From sequence record SRR22947725_1442: a stretch of DNA of 37,113 bases; one strand, 5' to 3'. Numbering within the stretch: position 1 is the first letter of the stretch; each line of letters opens with the position of its first letter. The position numbers were made by a program, and so were the translations under genes. Below are positions 9,006 to 17,938 of this stretch, piece by piece. The notes under the pieces were generated by a model. The model was not told the origin of the DNA and made no database searches. It saw only the letters and a program-made list of their open reading frames with translations.

Positions 9006-9893
9006 CTAAAAACCAATAGATTGTAGGTAATTTCGATTTAATTTGGCATCATCAATTGGCGAAGTGTCCCCTTCTGGGTCACAGTCCTGTTCAACAGTAC
9101 ACCAACCATTGAAATCATTATCTAACAATAACTGCCTGACAGCAGGGAAATCCACGTCCCCATCGCCCAAATTGCAAAAAATACCCTGCCCACATGCATC
9201 ATAAAAGTCTGTTCTATTTTCAACAACATGCGCTTTTACTTTTGGGTTAATATCTTTAAAATGCATATAGCTAATTCTATTAATATTGTGTTTCATAAAT
9301 TCTACAGGGTCGAAGCCAGCATAAGAATGATGCCCTGTATCAAAGCAAATTTTCAATATACTTTCATCAACCTCGTCTAATAATCTGTTTAGCTCTGGCT
9401 CAAAATCCATAAAGCCAGCTGCATGGGCGTGTATTCCAACTGTAAGGCCGTAATCTTCAGCTCCAATACGGGCAACTGTGGCGATTCTATCGCGATACGC
9501 TGACCATTCTGACTTATCCATTTGCTCAGCTTCACCTGCTCTACCTGCTGTAGGAGCTCGACGCTCAGATATACTATCTATTAAAACTAAATGCTGTGCT
9601 CCATGTGCCTTTAAAGCCTTGCAAGTTCGCTGAGCCCCATCCAATACATCATCCCATTTATCTGGATCATGAAATGCACGAAAAACCACCCCACCTACTA
9701 ACTCTTGGTTAAACTCATCAAGTGCCTCGGCTAATATTTTTGGATCTTCAGGCATAAAACCAACTGGCCCAAGCTCAATGCCTGTATACCCAGCACTGGC
9801 ATTTTCCTGCAAAACTTTACGCCAATCAGGATTGCGGGGATCATCTGCAAATTCCACACCCCATGAACATGGAGCATTACCTATTTTTATCAT
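9006..9893 (-). CDS. iolE: IolE/MocC-like inosose dehydratase (xylose-isomerase-like TIM barrel)
   Basis: NAPCSWGV, ELGP, HAH, FDTGH, HFKD, LGDGDVDF, VEQD motifs, plus iol gene context. A related isomerase activity cannot be excluded. Confidence 0.7.
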   Translation of the reverse strand: MIKIGNAPCSWGVEFADDPRNPDWRKVLQENASAGYTGIELGPVGFMPEDPKILAEALDEFNQELVGGVVFRAFHDPDKWDDVLDGAQRTCKALKAHGAQHLVLIDSISERRAPTAGRAGEAEQMDKSEWSAYRDRIATVARIGAEDYGLTVGIHAHAAGFMDFEPELNRLLDEVDESILKICFDTGHHSYAGFDPVEFMKHNINRISYMHFKDINPKVKAHVVENRTDFYDACGQGIFCNLGDGDVDFPAVRQLLLDNDFNGWCTVEQDCDPEGDTSPIDDAKLNRNYLQSIGF

Positions 9894-9909
9894 AATTATA
9901 ACCTTTTTC

Positions 9910-11013
9910 TTAATAATCTGAAATTTTTACCCAGATACTTTTCTCACTTGAATCCAATGCTGCACTAACCACTCTATTAACTTCCATGCCTTCGGAAAAG
10001 GTTGGCCAAATATTTCGCTCTTCATAAATTGCTCTTAAAAAATCATTTGCTTCAATAATAATTTGATCTTGGTATCCGGTTCCGTGACCTGGGCCTTGGC
10101 AAAATGCTTTATAATCCGGATGAGCAGGGCCTGTTAATATTTTTTTGAACCCTTTTTCTTCCTCTGGGCCATCCATAGTATATAGATGCAACGCATTTTG
10201 ATCTTCTTGGTCAAACCTTATCGATCCTTTAGTACCATGTATTTCGTAAGCATATCCCATTTTTCGGCCTGTTGCGACGCGACTAAAGAACAAATGACCT
10301 TGGGCTCCATTCTCAAATTTACACATCATTTGAGCTTGATCGTCATTAGTTACTGTTCCACCAGGCCTATTTTTATGAACAGTTTCTATGCTTGCAGATA
10401 ATGTTGAGATTGGTCCAACAAGTGCTCTGGCAGCATTTATCATATGGGGAGCTAGATCTCCCATTGTCCCATTTGACACACCTTCGGTGCGCCAGTTGGT
10501 TGGGATTAATGGATCTGCTAAAAAATCTTCCGTATGTTCGCCCCGGAACCAAGTTATTTCGCCTATTCGACCTTCTGATATTAATTGACGAGCATATTGT
10601 GAAGCGGGGGTTCTTATGTAATTAAATCCGGTCATATGAATTAGACCAGAAGCATCTGCTGCAGTTAGCATGGATCGGCTTTCTTCAACTGATGCTCCCA
10701 ATGGTTTTTCACAAAAAACGTGTTTTCCATTTTTAAAGGCTGCTAGTGCAATTTCACAATGGGTAGATTGAGGTGAAGCAATTACTACTGCACCTACTTC
10801 AGGATTATTAACAACATCCTTCCAATTTATGGTTGAAGATTTAAAGCCATAATTTTTTTGGTATTTCTCAGCGCTTAAATTAGTTGTAGCGCAAACCATT
10901 TCTAATTCTGGTCTAAGAGCTGTTTCGAAGAGTGTACCAACAGACCCATATGCAGCAGCATGAGCTTTACCCATATAGCCACCTCCAATGATACCAATGC
11001 CAAGCTTAGACAT
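9910..11013 (-). CDS. Gfo/Idh/MocA-family oxidoreductase
   Basis: GIIGGGYMGKAH, CEKPL, GFNY, GDLAPH, GHGTGY. Start set at MSKLGI (11013) with AGGAG SD; the ORF-track TTG lies in the operator. Confidence 0.9.
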   Translation of the reverse strand: MSKLGIGIIGGGYMGKAHAAAYGSVGTLFETALRPELEMVCATTNLSAEKYQKNYGFKSSTINWKDVVNNPEVGAVVIASPQSTHCEIALAAFKNGKHVFCEKPLGASVEESRSMLTAADASGLIHMTGFNYIRTPASQYARQLISEGRIGEITWFRGEHTEDFLADPLIPTNWRTEGVSNGTMGDLAPHMINAARALVGPISTLSASIETVHKNRPGGTVTNDDQAQMMCKFENGAQGHLFFSRVATGRKMGYAYEIHGTKGSIRFDQEDQNALHLYTMDGPEEEKGFKKILTGPAHPDYKAFCQGPGHGTGYQDQIIIEANDFLRAIYEERNIWPTFSEGMEVNRVVSAALDSSEKSIWVKISDY

Positions 11014-11036
11014 CTTAATTCTCCTGTAAAATTTGA

Positions 11037-11052
11037 TTGCAACCGGTTGCAA
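11037..11052. promoter_or_regulatory. LacI-type operator 3 (TTGCAACCGGTTGCAA)
   Basis: Identical to 3505-3520, in the divergent oxidoreductase/iolD promoter region. Confidence 0.85.
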
Positions 11053-11130
11053 ATTATGTAACCTTGTTTATGCATATGGGTCAATACCCAACTGAGCTCA
11101 CTTATTATTTGACTGCTTGCGGAGAATACC

Positions 11131-13002
11131 TTGATACAACAAAAAGAAACAGTAACTTTAACTGTAGCTCAGGCTATTATTAAGTACCTTTCATCTCAAT
11201 ATATTGAACTAAATGATGAAAAAATTCGTTTATGTGGTGGAGGATTTGGTATCTTTGGCCATGGTAATGTCACATGTTTAGGTGAAGCTTTATTCGAATA
11301 TAAAGAAAAGCTACCATTATACCGTGGGCAAAATGAACAAGGAATGGGGTTTGCTGCTGCAGCATATGCAAAAGCACATTTGCGCCGCCGCTTTATGTTT
11401 TGTACTGCTTCAGCTGGTCCAGGAACTGCTAATTTACTTACAAGTGCTGCACTGGCTCACGCAAATAGGCTTCCTATGCTTATGTTATGTGGCGATACTT
11501 TTATTACACGATTGCCAGATCCAGTTTTGCAACAATTAGAACATTTTGGAGATCCGACACTTGGTGTTAATGACGCCTTTAAGGCAGTTAGTCGTTATTG
11601 GGATCGAATAACTCACCCAGCTCAGATTATTCAATCTTTACCTGCAGCATTAGCTACTATGTTAGACCCTGCGGATTGTGGACCTGCATTTATTGGCTTG
11701 CCTCAAGATGTCCAAGGTTGGACATATGAATATCCAGTTTCATTCTTTGATGAAAAAATACACCGTATTCGGCGACAATCTCCAGATATTGAAGAAATAA
11801 ATGATGCAGTTGAGTTGCTAAAGGGTGCAAAACGTCCAATGATTATTGCTGGAGGTGGCATTCAATATTCTGGGGCTGTTTCAGAATTAACTGACTTTGC
11901 AAATAAATTTCAATTCCCTGTGGTTGAAACTATTGCTGGGCGAGCAAATTTATTAGATACGCATGATTTAAATATTGGTCCGCTCGGAGTAACCGGCTCA
12001 AACAGTGCAAATAATATCGCTGAAGAGGCAGATGTTATTTTGGCCATTGGTACGCGTTTGCAGGATTTTACAACTGGTTCTTGGACGGCATTTTCAAAAG
12101 ATGCTAAAATTATTTGTTTAAACGTGGCTCGTCATGATGCAGCAAAACATTTATCATTACCTATTGTTGGCGATGCAAAGCTTGGACTGAATTTACTCAG
12201 CTATGAGTTAGATGGTTACAAAACTCCTTCTGAATGGACTGAAAATGCGCGTAAAGAACGTGTTGTATGGAATGATTATGTTGAGAAAAATACAAATTTA
12301 AAAAATGGCCCATCATCATATGCACAGGCTATTGGAGTTATTAATGCAAATTGTGATCCACGTGATCGTATCGTTGCAGCAGCTGGTGGTTTGCCTGCAG
12401 AGGTTACAGCTAACTGGCGTACTTTAGGAGTCAGCACAGTTGATGTTGAATTTGGATTTTCCTGTATGGGGTATGAAATCGCTGGTGGCTGGGGTGCTCG
12501 AATTGCTCAATCTGAAAAAGAATCTGAAAATGATACAATTGTATTTACGGGTGATGGTTCATATTTGTTAATGAATTCTGATATTTATTCATCTGTTCTG
12601 ACACAAAAAAAGATGATTATACTGGTTTTAGATAATGGCGGTTTTGCAGTTATTAATAAATTACAAAATAATACAGGAAATGAGAGTTTTAATAACTTAA
12701 TTTCTGATACGCCCACAGCTGTGAATCAAGTTCGTGTTGATTTTGAGGCTCATGCAAAGTCTTTGGGAGCATTATCTGAAACTGTAGAAAGTCCATCAGG
12801 TTTAGCAGATGCATTTTTAAGGGCAAAATCTGCAAATGAGACATACGTTATTGTTATGAAGGTTGATCCTTATGATGGTTGGACAACTGAAGGCCACACT
12901 TGGTGGGAAGTTGGAACTCCTCATATATCTGATAATGATAAAATTACCAAAGCTCATAAAGAATGGGAATCTTCACGTGTTCGCCAAAGAAAAGGAATAT
13001 GA
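11131..13002 (+). CDS. iolD: 3D-(3,5/4)-trihydroxycyclohexane-1,2-dione acylhydrolase (ThDP-dependent)
   Basis: LTVAQA, GIFGHGNV, NEQGM, PDPVLQQLE, EFGFSCMGYEIAG, GDGSYLLMNSD, WWEVG. TTG start with GGAG SD. Confidence 0.95.
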   Translation: MIQQKETVTLTVAQAIIKYLSSQYIELNDEKIRLCGGGFGIFGHGNVTCLGEALFEYKEKLPLYRGQNEQGMGFAAAAYAKAHLRRRFMFCTASAGPGTANLLTSAALAHANRLPMLMLCGDTFITRLPDPVLQQLEHFGDPTLGVNDAFKAVSRYWDRITHPAQIIQSLPAALATMLDPADCGPAFIGLPQDVQGWTYEYPVSFFDEKIHRIRRQSPDIEEINDAVELLKGAKRPMIIAGGGIQYSGAVSELTDFANKFQFPVVETIAGRANLLDTHDLNIGPLGVTGSNSANNIAEEADVILAIGTRLQDFTTGSWTAFSKDAKIICLNVARHDAAKHLSLPIVGDAKLGLNLLSYELDGYKTPSEWTENARKERVVWNDYVEKNTNLKNGPSSYAQAIGVINANCDPRDRIVAAAGGLPAEVTANWRTLGVSTVDVEFGFSCMGYEIAGGWGARIAQSEKESENDTIVFTGDGSYLLMNSDIYSSVLTQKKMIILVLDNGGFAVINKLQNNTGNESFNNLISDTPTAVNQVRVDFEAHAKSLGALSETVESPSGLADAFLRAKSANETYVIVMKVDPYDGWTTEGHTWWEVGTPHISDNDKITKAHKEWESSRVRQRKGI

Positions 13003-13986
13003 ATGTCATCTCTTTTTGATGGAATAAAGAAAAATAATTTTCTTGTCATTGGGCGAGCTGGAATGGATCTATATCCTGATCCGCCTGGCTCTACAACTGA
13101 AGAAGCTATGAATATGAGTGTTGGCCTCGGAGGATCATCAGCAAATATTGCTGCAGGGATTTGTAAGCTTGGTGGTAAGTCTGCATTAGTGACACGAGTT
13201 TCTGATGATAGTATAGGGCGTTATTGTGTGAACCAATTGAAACATTACGGTGTTGATGTAACTCACGTGAAGCCTATTGGTGGAGAGTATCGTAATTCAC
13301 TAGCTGTTTATGAGAGCCGAGTGGAAAACCATCAATCAGTTATTTATCGTAATGGCGCTGCTGATTTTCAGATGGATATCGATGATATCAAGGCTATAAA
13401 TTATCATAAATATGGAGCATTAATTACTGCAGGTACTGTATTTGCAGCTGAGCCATCAAGGAGTGCTAGCATGCAAGCTTTTGCATACGCTAGGGAAGCT
13501 GGATTGCCTATTATTTTTGATGTTGATTATCGACCATATTCATGGACATCGCCAGAGGTCGCATCTGAAGTTTTGACTGCTGCAGCTGAACAAAGTGATA
13601 TGATAGTTGGAAATGATGAAGAATTTGGTTTTATGGCTGGTGGAATTGAGAAAGGATTAGATAAAGCACGCGAATTGTCCAAGTCATCTGCTGCTATGGT
13701 AATTTATAAGATGGGCTCAGAAGGTGCTATTACATTTTTTGATGGGCAAGAAATTCATACCGGTATATACCCTGTTGAAGCCATGAAGCCTACAGGAGCA
13801 GGAGATAGCTTCATGTCAGGCTTTGTAACGTCTATTGCGGATGGATATAATTTAAGAGACTCAATTCTTAGAGGATCTGCATCTGCATCAATTACAGTGT
13901 CTCGCCCCGGTTGTGCTCCTGCAATGGCGGATATTAAAACGTTAAAAGAATTCATGGCTGATCATCCTGGGCCAACAAATAAGTAA
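13003..13986 (+). CDS. iolC: 5-dehydro-2-deoxygluconokinase (PfkB family)
   Basis: IGRAGMDLYP, GGSSANIA, FDVDYRP, GNDEEF, GAGDSF; directly follows iolD. Confidence 0.92.
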   Translation: MSSLFDGIKKNNFLVIGRAGMDLYPDPPGSTTEEAMNMSVGLGGSSANIAAGICKLGGKSALVTRVSDDSIGRYCVNQLKHYGVDVTHVKPIGGEYRNSLAVYESRVENHQSVIYRNGAADFQMDIDDIKAINYHKYGALITAGTVFAAEPSRSASMQAFAYAREAGLPIIFDVDYRPYSWTSPEVASEVLTAAAEQSDMIVGNDEEFGFMAGGIEKGLDKARELSKSSAAMVIYKMGSEGAITFFDGQEIHTGIYPVEAMKPTGAGDSFMSGFVTSIADGYNLRDSILRGSASASITVSRPGCAPAMADIKTLKEFMADHPGPTNK

Positions 13987-13995
13987 GGAAAAAAA

Positions 13996-14838
13996 ATGCA
14001 TATTGCGCCATTTGATAACAAGAATAAGCCTATAGTTGATATAGACGATCCAACAGTGCCTTTAAATTATTTTAACATAGTAAAATTAACTAAAGGTCAA
14101 GCATTCGAATATGCAGTCCCTGGTTTTGAAACTTGTATAGTTCCCGCAACGGGCACTGTTGATGTTGATGTTGAGGGTTTTAAATGTGATGGTTTGGGCC
14201 AGCGAACAGAAGATGTTTGGGATGGAGAACCTGAAGGTGTTTATGTTCCAACTGCAGCGAAAGCTACAATGGTTTGTACAAGTGCTGAAGCTGAAATCTT
14301 TATAGCTGGTGCAAGGTATGATGAAATATTAGATGCATTTGCTGTTCGAACAAACGAGTTGGATAAAGTGCAATATGGATCTGATGAAACCAAAACGCAT
14401 CGAAAAATTAAACACATATTAGGTACAAAGTATCACGATAAAGTTGGCAGATTATTAGTTTCAGAACTTTTTACTGTCGGCGAAGGTGGTTGGTCAGGTT
14501 TTCCAAGCCACAAACATGATACAGATCGCTTACCACTTGAGACACGTCATGATGAAACATATAACTTCCGTTTTAAACCAAGTCATGGATCAGGTGTGCA
14601 AATGCTGCAACGTGAGGATGGAAAATCAGGTGATGCTTATCATTTAGTTGATGGTTCAACAATTTGTTTAGACTCTGGGTATCATCCTTGTGCAGTTTTG
14701 CCAGGTTATCAGATGTATTATTTTACTATATTAGGTGGATTGTCTCAACGATCTCTTGTTCAGTATTTTCAGCCAAGTCATGCAGACCAATTGGAAACTA
14801 TTCCAGGCATAAAAGATATGATAGCTAAGTTTAAATAA
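13996..14838 (+). CDS. iolB: 5-deoxy-glucuronate isomerase
   Basis: LLVSE..GGWSGFPSHKHD, ETY, GYHP..PGY.MYY (KduI/IolB cupin). Confidence 0.92.
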   Translation: MHIAPFDNKNKPIVDIDDPTVPLNYFNIVKLTKGQAFEYAVPGFETCIVPATGTVDVDVEGFKCDGLGQRTEDVWDGEPEGVYVPTAAKATMVCTSAEAEIFIAGARYDEILDAFAVRTNELDKVQYGSDETKTHRKIKHILGTKYHDKVGRLLVSELFTVGEGGWSGFPSHKHDTDRLPLETRHDETYNFRFKPSHGSGVQMLQREDGKSGDAYHLVDGSTICLDSGYHPCAVLPGYQMYYFTILGGLSQRSLVQYFQPSHADQLETIPGIKDMIAKFK

Positions 14839-15665
14839 TGCCTATAGCCACATTATCAGAAGTTCTTCAACCTGCTTTAAAAGGTTCATATGCAGTAGGT
14901 GGTTTAGTTACGCTGGGCTGGGAAGATATGCGCGCATTTGTTGCTGCTGCTGAGGCTGAAAATTGCTCTGTTATATTGCAAGCAGGGCCAGGATGTAGAG
15001 AGCATACACCATTGCCAGTACTTGGTAAAATGTTTCGCTATTTAGCAGATAATGCATCTGTGCCAGTAGTTGCGCATCTTGACCATGGATATACATACGA
15101 TGAATGTGCACTTGCATTAGATAGTGGCTTTACTTCATTAATGTACGATGGCTCACGAAAGTCTTTGAAGGAAAATATTGAAGAGACAAAACGAATAGTA
15201 AAAATTGCACATGAGTCTAATATTTCATGTGAAGGTGAAATTGGCTTTGTTGGTTATTCAAATGGGGAAAATTCAGCGGGTACAGATCCAGGAGAAGCAG
15301 AAATTTTTGCAAATGAAACTGGCGTTGATGCAATGGCTATTTCAGTAGGTAATGTTCATTTGCAGGAAAATAAAGAAGGTGGATTAGATGAAGATAGAAT
15401 ATCTAAAATCCAGATGCTTACTTCTGTTCCTTTAGTTATCCATGGTGGATCCGGTGTTCCCACTGAACAAAGAAAACGCCTCGCACGTGAAACAAATATC
15501 TGTAAGTTTAATATTGGAACAGAGTTGAGAATGGCATTTGGTAAAGCGATGCGGAATGCAGTTAACAAAGATGTTAAAAGATTTGATCGTGTATCAATTT
15601 TAAAAGAAACACACGATCCGACGGTTGCTGTTGTGCGACGCGTTCTATCTAATTTGAAAGGTTGA
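14838..15665 (+). CDS. Class II fructose-bisphosphate-aldolase family protein, probable IolJ-type aldolase
   Basis: HLDHG, MYDGS, EGEIG, SVGNVH, LVIHGGSG, KFNIGTEL; translationally coupled to iolB (TAATG). Confidence 0.85.
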   Translation: MPIATLSEVLQPALKGSYAVGGLVTLGWEDMRAFVAAAEAENCSVILQAGPGCREHTPLPVLGKMFRYLADNASVPVVAHLDHGYTYDECALALDSGFTSLMYDGSRKSLKENIEETKRIVKIAHESNISCEGEIGFVGYSNGENSAGTDPGEAEIFANETGVDAMAISVGNVHLQENKEGGLDEDRISKIQMLTSVPLVIHGGSGVPTEQRKRLARETNICKFNIGTELRMAFGKAMRNAVNKDVKRFDRVSILKETHDPTVAVVRRVLSNLKG

Positions 15666-16666
15666 AAATGCTTAATATTGGGATTCTTGGTTGTGGGCGT
15701 ATTGGCCAAGTGCATGGTAAAACTCTTAAAGGAATGGATACAGCGCGAGCTGTAGCAGTTTCTGATTTCTTACCTGAGGCGGCAAATGCATTAGCTAATG
15801 ATTTAAATGCAAAAGTTATGACTAGTGACGATATTATATGCGATTCAAGCATTGATGCGGTAATTATTGGTACACCAACTACTACACATTATGATTTGAT
15901 TCACGAAGCTGCTGCAAATGGGAAAGCAATTTTCTGTGAAAAGCCAGTAGATTTATCTGTTGAGCGCATCAGAGAATGCATGGTTGCTGTCGAAAGGGCT
16001 GGGGTTCCATTTATGACCGCCTTTAATCGCCGATTTGATCCAAGTTTTGCAAAGTTACAAAGGAAGATATTAGATCAAGTCATTGGTGATGTTGAAATTG
16101 TTACAATCCTTTCACGTGACCCATCTCCACCACCTATTGGCTATATTAAAACATCGGGTGGTATTTTTAGAGATATGATGATTCATGACTTAGATATGGC
16201 AAGATTTTTACTTGGAGAAGAACCTATTGAGCTCTCATCTGCTGCATCGTGCCTTGTAGATCCTGAAATTGGTAAAGCTGGTGATTTTGATACTGCAGTT
16301 GTGACTTTAAAAACAGCGACTGGAAAGTTATGTCAAATTAGTAACTCTCGCCGGGCTACTTATGGGTACGATCAAAGAATTGAAGTTCATGGTTCTTTGG
16401 GAATGCTACGCGCTGATAACATACTCGAAAACACCGTTGAATTATCAAACGCTTCAGGTTTTCAATCTGCGCCAACACAACCATTTTTTCTAGAGCGATA
16501 TGCTGAAGCTTATCGTGCTGAAATGATACATTTTGTAGATGTAGTGAATTCTGGTGGCATTATGAAACCTGACGGTGAAGATGGCCTTAGGGCACAATTA
16601 TTGGCAGATGCTGCGGATGAAGCAGCCCGTGATGGTAAATCTCGAACGCTTTCAGCTATAATATAA
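15662..16666 (+). CDS. iolG: Inositol 2-dehydrogenase
   Basis: LGCGRIGQVH, FCEKP, FNRRFDP, SRDP, GGIFRDMMIHDLD, YGYDQRIEVHG, FFLERY. Start is TTG 15662 or ATG 15668. Confidence 0.93.
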   Translation: MKMLNIGILGCGRIGQVHGKTLKGMDTARAVAVSDFLPEAANALANDLNAKVMTSDDIICDSSIDAVIIGTPTTTHYDLIHEAAANGKAIFCEKPVDLSVERIRECMVAVERAGVPFMTAFNRRFDPSFAKLQRKILDQVIGDVEIVTILSRDPSPPPIGYIKTSGGIFRDMMIHDLDMARFLLGEEPIELSSAASCLVDPEIGKAGDFDTAVVTLKTATGKLCQISNSRRATYGYDQRIEVHGSLGMLRADNILENTVELSNASGFQSAPTQPFFLERYAEAYRAEMIHFVDVVNSGGIMKPDGEDGLRAQLLADAADEAARDGKSRTLSAII

Positions 16667-16697
16667 GAATTAATATGATGTAGTTTAATGCGTTATT

Positions 16698-16925
16698 TTA
16701 CAATGCATTAAACTCTTCTTTTTTTTGGTTAAACCATTCATGCATTTTAGATTGATCTTGCATTAACACGCTAATTTCTTCCATTGCGTCTAAGTGACTT
16801 TTGTCATTTTTTTCGAACATTTCCATTCCATGTCGTTTGCTCATTGTGACAATTTCATCAAATGTGTCAGCGCTAAAAGTTTTATCGCACGCACCACCAA
16901 GCTGTTTGCATGTCATAGTTTTCAT
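16698..16925 (-). CDS. Small DUF1059-like protein (putative Cys/His metal-binding)
   Basis: MKTMTCKQLGGACD..H pattern; ATG overlaps the TGA of the upstream DMT gene (ATGA). Confidence 0.72.
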   Translation of the reverse strand: MKTMTCKQLGGACDKTFSADTFDEIVTMSKRHGMEMFEKNDKSHLDAMEEISVLMQDQSKMHEWFNQKKEEFNAL

Positions 16926-17854
16926 TTTTCAATATCCTTTTTTAACGATCGCAATGCAATTAAACTTCCCGCTATTGTAATAAATACGATACCTAAAATC
17001 TGGGTTAAGTTTACTTGTTGTCCTATTAAAACCCAAGCAAAAAATGGACCAAATATTAGGGCTGAATATTCAAAAACAGCTACCTGAGAAGCTTGTCCAA
17101 TTTGATAAGCTCGAAAAATTAGTCCAATTCCTAAAATAGCTCCAATAGCTTGCAATATAATCCATGGCATTATGGTTCCAATATTCCATACCCACCCGCG
17201 TATAATAAATCCTGCGGGTCCATTCGCAACATCAGGATTAACCCATGTAATAACGAATAGTGCACATAATCCAACAAAGCTTTGCATTATCATTATGCTG
17301 GCTAACAAAGATAAAGTTGTTTCCCCTTCACATAGTTGTCTGGTTGCTACTGCGGCCATTGCATAAAATAGGCCTCCTAAAACTGGCAAAAAACTTAAAA
17401 ATGTTAGATCACTTATTTGAGTATCAACAACTAATATAATTCCTATAAAGCCAATTAAAACTGCAATTATTTGAATGATACTTATTGATTGGCGGAGAAT
17501 TAAACCTGAAATTAATAAAATAAAAATAGGTGAAGTAAACAAGCCAGCCAAAGCCTGAGCCATTGGAATAAATGCTAACGACCAAAAATAAAAAATCATA
17601 GCTATTGTTAGTAGCAAACTTCGAAATGCTACGGCCCAATTTCTTTTTGGCCATATTGTAATTTTCCAAAAATAAGCAATACAAGCTATTAAGGGTAGTG
17701 CAATTATTGCTCGAATAATTTGAAACTGCCAAAGACTTACCACTTCGGCAATAAAAACTATAAAGTTATCTGTAAAGCCAAGCACGAGCATTGCACCAAT
17801 CATTGAAATTGCTGCACCACGGTCATTAACGGGAAAATTATTATTCATACACAT
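16922..17854 (-). CDS. DMT/EamA-family transporter
   Basis: About 10 TM helices in two EamA repeats; FTSPIF, GFIG, AVFEYS. Alternative start ATG 17848. Confidence 0.88.
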   Translation of the reverse strand: MCMNNNFPVNDRGAAISMIGAMLVLGFTDNFIVFIAEVVSLWQFQIIRAIIALPLIACIAYFWKITIWPKRNWAVAFRSLLLTIAMIFYFWSLAFIPMAQALAGLFTSPIFILLISGLILRQSISIIQIIAVLIGFIGIILVVDTQISDLTFLSFLPVLGGLFYAMAAVATRQLCEGETTLSLLASIMIMQSFVGLCALFVITWVNPDVANGPAGFIIRGWVWNIGTIMPWIILQAIGAILGIGLIFRAYQIGQASQVAVFEYSALIFGPFFAWVLIGQQVNLTQILGIVFITIAGSLIALRSLKKDIEK

Positions 17855-17938
17855 TCGTAAATCTAATAGCTTTTATTTTCTATCTTAAAACCGACCTAAA
17901 TAGACAAGAATGAATCTATACCTAAATATTCTAAGGAG

